Part shown: positions 1 through 12,599 of the stretch, piece after piece
Layout of the letters: every line of letters starts with the position of its first letter
How positions within the stretch are numbered: position 1 is the stretch's first letter
Source of the DNA: Octopus bimaculoides
Lineage: Eukaryota
Assembly (NCBI RefSeq): GCF_001194135.2
Contig: NC_068982.1
Span: 6,732,630-6,796,629, forward strand
Direction: 5' to 3'
DNA length: 64,000 bases
Notes under the pieces: generated by a model
Database searches by the model: none
The model's input: the letters and a program-made list of their open reading frames with translations, nothing else
Told to the model about the DNA's origin: nothing
Translations under genes and position numbers: made by a program

Positions 1-962
1 ACCGCATTCGGAAAGAGGGTTTTGAGTGTGTGGTGCTGCGTTTGTGTGATGTGAACTATTTTGATGTGTTTCGGTGGTGTAGTGCGTGGATGATTGTTAA
101 GCTTATAATCATCTTCAGAAATGTTTGAGATATGATGTAGTCCATTAGTCTTGTGTTTTTTGTGTCTATCGCTGATAGCATTGTGTGTTTTTGTGATGTT
201 GGTGCTGGTTTGGTTGTGCAAGGAGCTTTCAGCGGTTACATATTTCCCTGCTTTGCATGCATTTAATTTTGGGGTTATTTTGATCTTTTTCTTTTACCTC
301 CTGTGGCTATTTGCCACTCTGTAGAACTTTCATCGTTAGACGAAATGTCTGATGAATCAGGAGGTAAAGGCAAAGCATTTGGTTCTATTTGTGTGTTTGT
401 CGATGGTGTTGTGGAGTGTGGTGTGTGTGTTGTTGGGGAATTGGGAGTAGTATTGGTATTTTCTTCGTTCTCAGTGGTTGTCTTCTTGGTTGTTGTTCTT
501 GGTGTTGGTGTTGGTCTGTCTTTAGTTGTTGGTGGTGGTGTTGTTTCTGTTTTTGGCTCAGGTGGTGGTGTTGTTTGGTTGGGTTGGTTTGTTCGTTGTT
601 GCCGTTCTTTCGTTTTCGCATATAACTGCTTGATCAGTTGTGTATACGGTGGTGTGGGTAATAATGCTGGTGTTTTGGGTTTTTGGTTTTCCCGTGGCTG
701 TTGTTGTTGTTGTTGCTGTTGTTTCGCGGCAGAATTGCAATCCTTTTGGAAGTGAGCTTCACTAACAGCGTGGTCGAGTGCCTTCCACCACTACATACAG
801 CCTTTGCGTTGATGGTAACTTTAAGTAGGTGGGTATTTTATTTAGTGACTCCTGGGTAATATGGAGAAGGATCTCCATCTTTTTACCCACCCACTGTTGC
901 TTTTCAGAAACATTAATTTGTAATATGTCAACTTCCTCCATATCGACACATTCCTCCACCAC
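1..962 (-). mobile_element. Decayed non-LTR retrotransposon ORF1 (gag-like, disrupted zinc knuckle plus Gln/Thr/Pro-rich linker)
   Basis: Joining frames gives ...LYVVVEGTRPRC / SEAHFQKDC (CCHC-knuckle-like), then QQQQQQQQPRENQKPKTP...TTPPP...EWQIATGGKRKRSK and a further frame running off the window start; at least 2 frameshifts. Confidence 0.6.
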
Positions 963-1034
963 AAATATCTGAGCATTAGATAATCGTTTTCTATCATTGT
1001 TAGAAACCAGTTATTTAATATACTTTACACTTAA

Positions 1035-1249
1035 CTCTTTTGCATTTAAACTGGCTATATCCAGCCCAAATATTTTGTCTGCTTTGCATTCAAACTGGCC
1101 AGAACTGGTCTCTCACACTTACTCTTCAATATCATTCTAAAAATATACAATCACATCTTTGAAATCTGAAAGCTACAAGATAATAAATGGTTAATTCAAA
1201 ACAATGCCAATAAGCATAAAATTTGGAAAATAATTTGAATGCTAAAGGG
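1035..1249. mobile_element. TTAA-flanked piggyBac-like MITE (family P1)
   Basis: TTAA at 1031-1034 and 1250-1253; inverted ends ctcttttgcattt...gaatgctaaaggg; related copies at 57247-57453 and ~17115-17310. Confidence 0.7.
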
Positions 1250-1322
1250 TTAAAACTTAAGTTTGTGTCTATTACATAGTACATGTTTATACACAGGGGG
1301 GTCTAAGTCAACAGTGAGGTAC

Positions 1323-1355
1323 CAGCTTCTCTCTTGCATATAGCACAATTCCAGT
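1323..1355 (-). CDS. Candidate small exon (TGIVLYAREKL)
   Basis: Acceptor aattatattttag and an open 33 nt; donor GTACCT is weak. Confidence 0.15.
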
Positions 1356-1784
1356 CTAAAATATAATTTTTACACTATTGCTTCCATTTTATAGACTTGA
1401 CAAAAAAATTTTATCTTAGATTATCAAAATTAAAATTTCCTATTTTAATTTGTGCAGTAATTAACTTCAATTTAGAAAATGAAGCATGTATTGAAATAAC
1501 CACTCTGTAATTAGCTTCCAATAATTACAGGCGTCACATGATTAACCCCTTTCTGATCTCAACATTTTACTAAAATATAAGAAAAATATGAAAAGTTGAA
1601 TGAGTTGCTAAGTCGATTGGCAAATTGTTTTGCTTCTTTCCTTTGGTGTTTCTGTTAAATGTATAGGTTTTAGTCTACAGCAAACTTTGTATGTTTTAGT
1701 ATTACTGTAACCGAGACCACCACCACCAACAACAATCATAACAACAACAGCAACAATAGCTTTGATAATGATTCTTTCTGCTAT

Positions 1785-1975
1785 AGGCACAAGGCCAGAA
1801 ATTTTGGAGACGGTGGCTAACTGATTACATTGATCCCAGTTTTCAACTGGTCCTTAATTTATCCACAGCCCACCACCACCACCACCACCAGCACCACTAC
1901 CAGAAGGATGAAAAGCCAAGTTGAACTCAGCAGAATTTGAACTTAAAACATAAAATCTGAATAAATTCTACTAAA
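1785..1975 (-). mobile_element. tRNA-headed SINE family A (Deu/Nin-like central domain), degraded
   Basis: Matches the gaaaggatgaaaggcaaagtcgacctcggcggaatttgaactcagaa consensus seen in many copies in the window. Confidence 0.7.
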
Positions 1976-2027
1976 AAATCCTACCAGCTTTCCTCCTTAG
2001 TACTAATAATAATATATTATTACTATT

Positions 2028-3879
2028 CAGTGGCATTTCACCAAACCTGCAGCTTTCTGCAGCGCAAACTCCATGAAGTTCAGAATGAGTGGTGGACTAA
2101 CCTTGCACAGAGAACCCAGCCGTGCACTGACACTGGCAACTATGAGGTGTTCTACAAAGCTTTCAAGGCAGTTTGCAGCCCAACACATCAAGTCCAGAGT
2201 CCCTCCTTGCACAGCTGCTCAGATGGCCAGGCACTTCTCACAGACAGTCTCCACCCTCAACTGCTGGTCTGAATATTTCCAGGCCCACTTCAGTGCAAAC
2301 AAAGTTGTCCAGGAAAATGCCATCCTCCACATCCAGCAGCAGCCACTCAGAATGAAACTAGATGAGCCTCCAACCATGGAAGAAACCAGTTGCCATAGGC
2401 CAGCTGAAAAGTAGAAAGGCAACAGGAGTCGATGACATACCACCAGAGATATGGAAGCTTGGGGGTTCTATCCTATGTGCTAAACTCCATGAACTTCTCG
2501 TTACATGCTGGGAACAGGGCAAGCTACCATGCGATCTCTGTGATGCTGTCGTCATTACACTGTACAAAAACAAAGGGCAAAGTCAGACTGCACAAACTAT
2601 CAGGGGATCACCTCAACAGACTTGTTCTGTCCATCATCGAAAATCATCTCCCAGAAAGCCAATGTGGTTTCAGAGCCATAAGGGGCACAACAGATATAGT
2701 TTTCGTTCTCAGACAGATCCAATAAAAAGTGTCGGGAGCAAAACAAAGCACTCTATGCAACATTTGTCTATCTGGCAAAAACATTCAATACTGTGAGCAG
2801 AAAAGGTCTATGGCAGACCCTAAACCAACTTGGCTGTCCCCCAAAACCCCTAACCATGACCATCCAGCTTCATGAAAACCAACAAGGACAAGTCTGTCTG
2901 AACAATGACATATCAGAGCCATTCCCCATCCACAACTGTATCCCGGCACCAACTCTCTTCAACATATTCTTCAGCATGATTCTCAAACAAGCCACTGAAG
3001 ACCTCAAAGCTGAAGACGGCATTTACATCAGGTACTGTCTGGATGGCAGTCTTTTCAACCTCTGGTGCCTGCAGGCCCACACCAAGACCCAAGAGCAACT
3101 GATCCAGGAGCTCCACTTTGCAGATGACGCTGCACTTGTTGCACACTAAGAAAGAGCCCAGCAGCTCATCACATCCTACTTTGCAGAGGCACGCAGCTCT
3201 TTGGGCTGGAAGTAAGCTTGAAAAAGACTGAAGCCCTACACCAACCAGATCCTCAGGATGATTACAACCCACCACACACCACCATTGCCAAAACAGAACT
3301 GAAGTCGGTACAGCAGTTCACTTATCTTGGATGCACCATCTTGTCAGATGCAAGTATTGACCAAGAAATTGACAACAGACTTGCAAAGGCAAACAAAGCT
3401 TTTGGCAGACTGTGCAAGTGTGTGTGGAACAACAAGCATCTTAAGATCGGCACAAAAGTCAGCATCTACAGGGCCATTGTTCTCACGATAGCAGTAGGAG
3501 TCCTGGGTCTCCTACTGCTATCATCTCACACTCCTAAACAAGGAAGCATTACAAGGATTGCCTGAAGCAGTGCCTTTGCGTTTGTGACATTGATTATGGT
3601 GAGTGGTCCACTCTGACTGCTCACTGTGTCACTTGGTGCCATACCATCAGCGACGTTATTTGCTCCTTTGAGATCTCTTGCAGACAAACATCAGAAGTGA
3701 AAAAAACAATGCAGCCGCATCATTACTCCCTGAACAATCATACCCCTATCATCACTACAATCGGATATGTCAATTCCACATCGACCTTATCAGCCATGAA
3801 CGAGTGTACAGACGACTTAGACAACAGCCTTCCTAATCTTCATCAGTAAAACCAAGCCAAGAAAGATATAAGAAGAAGA
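2028..3879 (+). mobile_element. 5'-truncated, frameshifted RTE (BovB-like) LINE
   Basis: RT segments: KATGVDDIPPEIWK, LPESQCGFRAIRGTTDIVF, APTLFNIFFS, LHFADDAALVAH, QFTYLGCTILSDASIDQEIDNRLAKANKAFGRL; C-terminal YKDCLKQCL; tail taatcttc...ccaagccaagaaaga. Confidence 0.9.
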
Positions 3880-4109
3880 CAATTGAATATTGGTTTCAGC
3901 AGACAACAGTTTAACTCTGAAAATAGAAGAGGTAATCAAAAATTCTGCTGGTATTTATTCAATTAATATTGGGAGGCTGAAGGGGAAAGATAACCTTGAC
4001 AGGATCTAAATTCAAAATGAAAATTCACCAAATTGAATACCTCAAGTTATTTACTCTTCTGTGTACCATTGCAGAATGTTGATATTATTGATAATATATT
4101 TAAATATCA

Positions 4110-4360
4110 TCATCATCATCATCATCATCATTTAATCTCTGTCTTCCATGCTGGCATGCATTGGACAATTTGACCAGAGATTGTAAGGCCAGAAGTTCCA
4201 CTAGGTTCCATAGTCCGTTTTTGGCATGGTTCCTACAGCTAGGTGCCCTTCCGAATGGCAGCCACTTTACAGAGTGTACTGGGTGCTTTTTACATTATGC
4301 CAGCACTGTCACCGGCATGGGTGTTTTATACTTGGTGCCTGTGTGGATATTCTTTATGTA
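4110..4360 (-). mobile_element. RTE 3'-UTR-type repeat (family C) with (ATC)n tail
   Basis: catcatcatttaatctctgtcttccatgctggcatgcattggacaatttgac matches the other family C copies. Confidence 0.75.
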
Positions 4361-4994
4361 GCACTGGCACATACTAGTTCATATACATATATGTTAGTAC
4401 TGTTTTTGTAGTTCTTCAATTCTATTAAAGTTAACATTATTTGGTGGAAACAACCGCTTTAGAGCAAGTTAAAAGAGAAAGATATGAAATATTTATTAAA
4501 AGCATTAATTTTATCAAATGATGTGAAGCATGTTTTGTGGTTAACAGATAAAGAATTTTAGAATTTTGTTTGAGAAAAGATGTCAGTGCAAGTGAAACAT
4601 TGAGAAACACTTTCCCAGTAGATATCTGATAATAACTAAATATCAAATATTATATAAATTATATTTTGAACTAAGTGCTTTTTTTATATATATAGTTGAA
4701 TAAATTGATATTATAATTAAGCAGAGATATCTGACCTCAACTGTCAAAAGAATATCTAAAAACCCTTTTTATATAAAGTAAAAGCATTGAAAATAATATT
4801 TAAACTTAAGTATTTATGAATACATAAAAGTTTATTGATGAGGATCCTTTTAAGGTAAAAATGAAAGACAGAAATTTATGAATACATTTATTAGTTTTAG
4901 TGTGACTAATTTGAAATAAAGGTAGTTTTCCGTTTAGAAGGGTTTCTGGAATTTACGATATTGGCAAATATCTGTCATGAAATGCAAATGATAC

Positions 4995-5160
4995 TCTTTT
5001 CTACTCTAGGCACAAAGCCCCCAATTGATTAGATCAATCCCTGTACACAACTGGTACTTAATTTATTAACCCTGAAAGGATGAAAGGCAAAGTTGACCTT
5101 GGTGAAATTTGAACTCAGAATGTAAAAACACTCAGTATGCCAAAGTTTCTGCCAGCTTGA
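4995..5160 (-). mobile_element. SINE family A copy
   Basis: ctactctaggcacaaagccc...gaaaggatgaaaggcaaagttgaccttggtgaaatttgaactcagaatg. Confidence 0.75.
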
Positions 5161-6132
5161 AATGCAAATAATATTGTTATTGTTATTGTTCCACTGTTTA
5201 GTTCAGATGTTCACTACAGATGTACAAGATATAAGATGTTTCCCATAAGAATTACTGGGAAACGAGATTTCATAATTAAACAGTTTACAACACCATCATT
5301 TATGTGTTTTTATGTGAAATTGCAGGGATGTGTATAATTTAGCAACGCAGAATGAGTCAAGCAGTGTAAATTAACTTGTGAAGGGTTCAGTGCAGTGACT
5401 GCTGCAGATGTTTGAAGACATAACTCTGTGGTCAAAAGTCCAACAGTTTAACTGCTTTGATTTTGGATTATATGATTATGGTTAGGTATAAACTTGGGGC
5501 GAAATAAATTACGGAATTTAAGTCTGCATGTAATGCTAAACAGAACAATTCTTTACATTGAAATTACAACCAATAAATTCCAAAGCAAATGTTCTAAATT
5601 GCACATTTACTGCTTTTGAATGCTGAGAGATTAAATTTACCTTCACCGTATTTGCCAAAGTATTAGCAACGCATTTAATGTATCAGCATTTTTCTTACTC
5701 TATGCCAATAAATATGTAATTTAACATGATTATTTAATAATATGCTTGTCAATATTTTGCAGGTTTTGGTGATGTTGTGTTTGCATTTGGAGATGGAATG
5801 TTAAAATATATCAAGAACTGTCTTCTACCACCAACTCATGACATTTTTTCATGTATCATACACAATCTAATTTATTTTATGCTCATACCAACGTAATTAT
5901 ATCTCCTACACACAACTGCCAATTGTTATTATAATCAACTGCTTCATCAACTGAACTTTGCATATCCAAAGGATCATATTCAACTCTGTGTTCATTGCCA
6001 TTATCGAGCGGAAGAATTATCTTATAGCTGCCGTTGTTAAAGTTTGAGATCATACCTCTGCTTGATCAAAATTGGACTTGGAATATAGCAAGTTTTCTTT
6101 CAACATTCTAATAAAGAGATTTCCATGTAATA

Positions 6133-6670
6133 CTTTATTTACATTATTTACATTTGACGGATATTTGTCCTCATCTTTGTTGCTAACACAACGTTTCGTC
6201 TGATATACCCTCCAGCCTTCATCATGTGTCTTCGGGAAATTTCGAACCTGGATTCTCATTGCTAAGCTATTGTTCAATGTTGTTGTTGTTATTATTATTA
6301 TTAATATTATTATTATTATTCAGAGTAAAAATTATACACACACACACACACACACGCATTAATGAATGAAAAAAAACACATTCATTAAACCCCAAGATTC
6401 CAAGTTCGATTCCAGGCAGTGACCTGAACAACAGCAACAACAACAAAAACAACAACAGAAACAGAAACAGCAATAACAGCAACAACAACAACAACAACAT
6501 CAACATCGAAGAATACCTTAGGAATGAGAACCCAAGTTTGAAATTTCCCCAAGACACCTGATGAATGCTGGAGGGTATATCAGCCGAAACATTGCATTAA
6601 TAACAAACAAGATGAGGACAAACATCCGTCAAATGTAAATAATTCCTCATCTCTTAAATATAGAACTGTA
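6133..6670. mobile_element. tRNA/hammerhead SINE (family H), head-to-head inverted pair inserted as one unit
   Basis: Minus arm ~6133-6322 and plus arm ~6382-6670; 12-bp direct repeat ttccatgtaata at 6121-6132 and 6671-6682. Confidence 0.85.
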
Positions 6671-6786
6671 TTCCATGTAATAGTTCCACTTTCTCGTCCT
6701 ACAGGTGAAATTTCTTTCAAACTGGTCTCTTCAATGCTTGAATTTAGTTAACACCTAAAAGAAGGAGCTTCTTTTCTATTCACTTA

Positions 6787-7110
6787 GGTGAATTGGCCAG
6801 AAGGAGCTGATGCCATCAGACAATATCCAACAGTCATCAGGTGTTTTGACTTTGGCCTTCAACACCTTTCCATTGGCATGTCAGTAGAGGTGGCCAGATC
6901 ACTGATCATCATCTCCCAGTTTGAATCCTTCTTGCTCCACAACCAGCAAGACACACTTTCTGCTGCCTTTCATGTCTTCTGCCTTGCCACCCTTTGCTCT
7001 TTTTCTCTCATTCCAATCGCTGTAAGAATCCTCTCTTACACTCTCCTGTCTTTGCAAACACTTTTTCTTTGTCCATCCCCTTCCGGTCAATCCAAAATGT
7101 GAATCGTTGG
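6787..7110 (-). mobile_element. HERO-like RLE-type non-LTR retrotransposon, C-terminal remnant and 3' UTR
   Basis: Minus frame ERILTAIGMREKEQRVARQKT*KAAESVSCWLWSKKDSNW resembles the end of HERO-clade restriction-like endonuclease ORFs (recalled motif AAERAS.WLW.KR), followed by a similar 3' UTR (gaaaggtgttgaagg...aaacacctgatgact). Confidence 0.6.
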
Positions 7111-7304
7111 TGATTTTTTTTTTTTTCCTCCGTCTTCCTTTTCTCTTGGACTTTCTTCTGTCTCCTGTTTCTGAAGAAGAGCTTTGCTTGAAATATAAAA
7201 ACACCCTTTCTTTCCTTCCCTGAGCATCTCATTAATACTTTGCCTGTACTACGTCCTCATGTCGTTTTTTACTTGTGTTTTTCTTTATTTTTTTTAATTA
7301 ACTA

Positions 7305-7428
7305 CAGGGTGTCCACAAAGTCTGGGTACATGGGGATTAACACATACTTTAAGAAATTATTATTTCTCATATTTAATTGTTTATGTTATGATTTTATTTA
7401 CTCCATGTACCCAGACCTTGTGGACACC

Positions 7429-7431
<3 letters not shown>
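7305..7431. mobile_element. 127-bp Tc1/mariner-type MITE
   Basis: 29-bp TIRs CAGGGTGTCCACAAAGTCTGGGTACATGG / CCATGTACCCAGACCTTGTGGACACCCTG; TA on the left. Confidence 0.85.
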
Positions 7432-7459
<28 letters not shown>

Positions 7460-8597
7460 AACACATACACACATATATATAATACAACGGCTTGTTGTTC
7501 CCTCACCTGTCTTTGTCCTTTGTTTCCTGTATATTTGAACCATATGCATATACACACACACTCACACACACACACACACATATACATGCATACACACACA
7601 AATTAATATTTGGATACACAGTATTTAAATATTTGTACACGTTAATAGCTGTGTACACAATATTCTTGTATATATGTGCAATATATTCTTATATTTAATC
7701 ATTTATAACCATCCATCCTTCTATACTCATATATTTACTTATTTCAACAACATTTAACAAATTCCAAGCATTCAGATATGAAATTGCTTTATTTTTATGT
7801 AGCATTGACTTCTCTATAAATGAAGCAAAAATATTTTTGCATCTGATATACAAAATTTTTTCTAAAATACTCATTCTTTAGTTATTTCCTAATGTTAAAT
7901 GCAATCTCCAAAGTTTGTTTTCCAAATATTTTAAAAGAATTAACATGTCTGTGAATTACATTATATTTTGACCTGTGCGTTTTTGTTGAGTTTCTTCGAT
8001 GTTTTATTCTAAAACCAAATTGATTGAGATGATGGTTAATGCTTGAGGTACGAAATCTTGATGTTGTAGAATAGGAAGTGTCTCTGGAACAACAGCAACA
8101 AAATAAGCAAACAAACAACAGAAATACAAATCTTAAAGATGGGAGAAAGAGAAAGGAACAGAACACCATATGGTCTACACTTTGGACTATGGTCTACCTT
8201 TAAAGAAAAGCAAAAGAGAAAGGAAAAGCAGATGTTCTGAGGAACAAAACTGCACAAACACAGTTACATGATTCTTAACAAGTTAACGGTGGATGAAAGA
8301 GGTAAGGAAAAGGAAAGAGTATTACAGATAAAGAAAGCAATTCTAAAAGATGGGAATATGTGAGCAGGATGTCTGTAGAAAGCATGGCTTATGTGTGTGT
8401 TGCAAAATGTGTATTGCTACATGACTACATGTATATGAGCATGAAGGGGTACATGCATGTTAAATGTATGTTTTGCATGTGTATTGTTGTGGATGCAACC
8501 ATATTGCTTGTGGTTACAATTGGAATAGTGTCATGTAGGTTTTTGTGTGTGCATAGATGTACACAGATAATGGAATTTAAGTATGGTTATTTAACTC

Positions 8598-8810
8598 ATG
8601 TGGAGTCGCATGGCTTAGCAGTGAGGATGCTGGACTCATGACTATAAGATTGTGGTTTCAATTCCTGGACCAGGTGATGTGTTGTGTTCTTGTGCGAAAC
8701 ACTTTATTTCATGTTGCTCCAGTCCACTTAGCTGGCAAAAGTGAATAATCCTGCAATAGATTATTCCATATGCACTATGGAAACAGGGAAACCAGCATCA
8801 TGAGTCTACA
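8598..8810 (+). mobile_element. tRNA-headed SINE, Meta-domain-like, degraded
   Basis: A box tggcttagcagt, B-box-like ggtttcaattcc, gttgtgttcttgtgcgaaacacttt, and 3' tatggaaacagggaaaccagc. Confidence 0.55.
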
Positions 8811-8872
8811 TAACTAAATAAAAATCTTTATTACTATAGATTACATCATATGTAAACAAACATATACCCACA

Positions 8873-9145
8873 GGCATATGGCATAGTGGCTAAGAGCACA
8901 GGCTACTAACCCCAAGATTCCGAGTTCGATTCCAGACAGTGACCTGAATAATAATAACAACATTGAAAAATACCTTAGGAATGAGAATCCAGGTTCGAAA
9001 TTTCTCCAAGACACCTGATGAAGGCTGGAGGGTATATCAGCCGGAACGTTGTGTTAACAACAAACAAGATGAGGACAAATATCCGGCAAATGTAAATAAT
9101 GTACATAATTTACATATTTCCCCATCTCTTGAATATAGAACTGTA
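8873..9145 (+). mobile_element. Full-length tRNA/hammerhead SINE (family H)
   Basis: A box TGGCATAGTGG 8879-8889, B box GAGTTCGATTCC 8922-8933, (AAT)n linker, hammerhead-like motif 9010-9055, end atatagaactgta. Confidence 0.85.
9010..9055 (+). ncRNA. Minimal type I hammerhead ribozyme motif (GAAA mutated to GGAA)
   Basis: GACAC CTGATGA A GGCTG gagggtatat CAGCC GGAAC GTT GTGTT: stems I and II pair; one core substitution. Confidence 0.6.
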
Positions 9146-9779
9146 TAAACATAAGTTTGGTGGGGTTTTTTTTTTGAAGCATTGAAATGTATCGTAGAAA
9201 AAGTAGAAAGATAATTTTTTTTTTTCAAAATGTAAATAATGAACAGTATATATAATGGACAAAATCCTTTTAAGAACAGGATAATTCGCCAGTAACCAGC
9301 CATGAGGATCGAACTCACACCCCTTAAAATGATTTTATCCTTTATATATACTGTTCATTATTTACGTGTTGAAACAAAATTTATCTTTCTACTTGTTCTA
9401 CAAAATATTTCAATGCTTCAAAAAAAACTGATGTTTGTTTACATTTGATATAATATATATGGCATCTCACATTTCTGGATGACTTCATAACTTCTAAAAT
9501 TGCAGAAGAATTCGCCGGTCAGCAGTTTGGCTTAAAGGGTAGAGCACTCCAACCGGATATTGGAGGGATGTGAGTTCAATCCTCATGGCTGGTTGTTGGT
9601 AAAAAAATTTCTGCTCTTAAAAGAATTTTATCCTTTATATATACTGTTGAGTAATTACGTGTTTATTATTATATCATTTAACCCAGGAAGACATGGGAAG
9701 ACAAGTAATGAGAAAGGATCTTCAGATGCTGGGCCTCACAGAGGAAATGACAAGGGACTGTGAGTTGTGGTGAGTGGCT

Positions 9780-10275
9780 GTACTTGTGAAGATGCATCAA
9801 GTAAAATGACCACTGTCGTCCATACATGTAGGCTTGTCCTTTACAGGTGCCAGTACTACATAAAAAGCCCTCATGCTGGTGGCACATAAAAGCACCCAGC
9901 ATACCCTGTTAAGTGGTTGGTGTTAGGAAGGGCATCTAGCCATAGAAACCCTATGACAGTTGGAAATTGGACAGCTCCCCTGCTGGGCACCTCCTGTCAA
10001 ACCATCCAGCCCATGCCAGCATGGAAAATAGATGTTAACCCCTTTCATTACCAACCCGGCTGAAACAGCCTCTGGCTCTGAGTACAAATGTCTTGTTTTC
10101 ATAAGTTCTGAATTAAAATCTTCCACCAAACCTTAGTCACAACTTATGTTCCTAACACGAGCTTAATGATAACTAAGTTATTTTACTAAATTCTTTGTTA
10201 TATTTAAAGTAATTGAAAGAAACACAGAACATCTCAAAAGAAATACAGTAATGAGAGGGTTAAACAATGATGAGG
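9780..10275 (+). mobile_element. RTE 3'-UTR-type repeat (family C) with a MITE nested in its tail
   Basis: gtggttggtgttaggaagggcatc...ccatgccagcatggaaaatagatgttaa[MITE]acaatgatga. Confidence 0.75.
10039..10259. mobile_element. TTAA-flanked piggyBac-like MITE (family P2)
   Basis: TTAA at 10035-10038 and 10260-10263; TIR CCCCTTTCATTAC/GTAATGAGAGGG; second copy in reverse orientation at 33615-33834. Confidence 0.85.
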
Positions 10276-10704
10276 AAGATGATTCAACTCATACAACTGA
10301 GATGTTTTGAGGTAAACCACGATTGTCTTTCATGTAAAATGCAACATACCAGAGAGCTGAAATGTAGTCTCATTAGAGAGAGGGTGGTGTTGAGACATAG
10401 TTCAAAGTGTGAAAATGTTGAGTGACAGTCAAACATCTCAAAGGTACTCATTATAAATACTGGTTAGACTCCAACCAGCTTCACGTGTATAAGAAGTGGA
10501 TGTTTGGTGGTGATAATGATCATAAATATGTCTATTTATATAGGCTACAAACAAACCAAGAAAGGGTCTTCTACATAGTCTCAAGACATGCTAGAAATTT
10601 CTCTCATAATTAAAAAGGAAAATAGAATAGCACTTTATATAATGCCATCTTAGATACATGGAGAGATGAGATGATCACAGCTCAAATGCCCGTAATTATG
10701 TGTA

Positions 10705-10924
10705 TGAGGGGGTGCTGGAAAGTTCCTGACTTTAAGGGGATCATGAAAGGCCAGGTTGGAGGGAGGCCTAACCTTCAAAGTTCTTTTACAGGGCTTAGAA
10801 AAACTGAAAGATGCTGCAATAAGTGTGAGAATCTTACAGGGGAATATGTTGAATAAAATCGTAATTAACTGATCCTCCTGTATTTTCATTTACCCAAAGT
10901 CAGGAACTTTCCAGCACCCACTCA
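10705..10924 (+). mobile_element. Internally deleted mariner derivative (MITE)
   Basis: ~29-bp TIRs TGAGGGGGTGCTGGAAAGTTCCTGACTTT; TA at both ends; residual transposase C-terminus CCNKCENLTGEYVE*. Confidence 0.85.
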
Positions 10925-10956
10925 TAAGCATGATCAGAATTGACATTGAGCTAAAC

Positions 10957-11253
10957 CAGTAGCTCCCAAACTTTTGCAGGCTGCCATCCCCTTGGCACCC
11001 AGGACACATTCCTATCACCCTTGCTCCCTCCCCACCATAAACATAGACGACCTTTCTGCTGTAAAATCAAAACAACTGCATTTCACAAATAAAACTTCAA
11101 CTTAATTAACCTATTAATATTTTTTATTTTGTTTACATCTGTCACCCCATTTTAGCCACCCCTTTATTATCCCGCTTTGCTGCAATGCCCCCCCCCCCCT
11201 GGATCATTCCACCACCCCCAAGGAGGCAGTACCACCCACTTTGGGAACCACTG
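10957..11253. mobile_element. hAT-like MITE
   Basis: Termini CAGTAGCTCCCAAA / TTTGGGAACCACTG; imperfect 8-bp flanks agctaaac/gactaaac. Confidence 0.7.
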
Positions 11254-11284
11254 GACTAAACAACAACAATTATTATATTCTTTC

Positions 11285-11455
11285 TTTTAATCTTTTCATT
11301 GTTTTACTTGTTTCAGTCATTTGACTGTGGTCATGCAGGAGCACCACATCTAGTCAAACAAATTGACCCCAGGGCTTATTCTTTGTAAGCCTCATACTTA
11401 TTCTATAGGTCTCTTTTGCTGAACCACTAAGTTAGTGATGTGAACACACCAACAT
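11285..11455 (-). mobile_element. SINE family B 3' half
   Basis: ttttacttgtttcagtcatttgactgtggtc...ttattctttgtaagcctcatacttattctataggtctc. Confidence 0.75.
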
Positions 11456-11463
11456 ATATATAC

Positions 11464-11494
<31 letters not shown>

Positions 11495-11631
11495 GATAGA
11501 TAGATAGATAGATATGTATATATATATATATACATATATATATACACACACATGCATATATACATATATATATGTATATATATATATGTATGTATGTATT
11601 ATGTAAGTATATACACACACANNNNNNNNNN

Positions 11632-11668
<37 letters not shown>

Positions 11669-11680
11669 GTCTATACATGT
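11456..11680. repeat. (TA)n/(TAGA)n microsatellite with a 10-N gap
   Basis: Direct inspection. Confidence 0.95.
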
Positions 11681-12149
11681 ATATGAACAGATACCAAGGA
11701 ACTAGTATACATAATTTACTTGAAACAATTCAATTTAGAAGAACTAATAACAATTTACTTGCCCAGAGCATTTGACTTTACTTTGTTTCGGACAGAAATT
11801 TATTCAAATTATCTTGGTGCTAGAAATAAAAAGTTTTTAAAATATTAAGTAGAGTTAAAACTAGATTTAGCAATATACAACAAAGCCGATCATTTTGATA
11901 ACTTCTGGGCACTGTTTCCTTGTATTAATTTTATTATGTGATTTGGGTCATGGATCTCATTATACACTGTATGGTACGTTATTTCTGCATCTTTACAATT
12001 TCGTTTGTGCAGATTACAAAAGGTCCAGTGAAATAATATCAAACACTGATTAATCCCATTGTTGAAAATCTAATATAAACCATCACTTTAGATAATAACA
12101 TGTTAGCTTCTTGAAAGAATATCGATTTAGAAACTTGATTTTATAGCCT

Positions 12150-12509
12150 TGTTTTATGTATTTATGTGTGAGGGTGTGCATGTATACATATGTGTGTGTG
12201 AGAGTATATGTATGTGTATACATATGTACATTACATGTACAAATATATATATGTATGTGTATGTGTATCTATCTATCTATCTATCTATCTATATACATAT
12301 ATATATATATATACATATATATGTATATATATACATATGTATATATATGTACAAACATGCATCCATGCATATATATATATATTTATTTATTTATATATAC
12401 ATACATTACACACACATATATATACATACATATACATACACACATAAATATAAACGTATATACATACATACACACACACACACATAAATATAAACGTATA
12501 TACATACAT

Positions 12510-12540
<31 letters not shown>

Positions 12541-12590
12541 GATACATATATGCATTTATGCATACATACACACATACATACATATAAGAT
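12150..12590. repeat. Compound TA/CA/TCTA microsatellite with a ~34-bp tandem duplication
   Basis: acacataaatataaacgtatatacatacatacac occurs twice near 12440-12520; explains the spurious YI-rich ORFs. Confidence 0.9.
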
Positions 12591-12599
12591 ATATTCCAA

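Noticed and set aside
303-755. 150-aa Val/Gly/Cys-rich plus-strand ORF
   Set aside because: Antisense shadow of the Thr/Gln/Pro-rich LINE ORF1 remnant.
5763-5892. GFGDVVF... resembling a potassium-channel pore signature
   Set aside because: No preceding TxxTxG pore helix or flanking transmembrane context, and the donor is weak.
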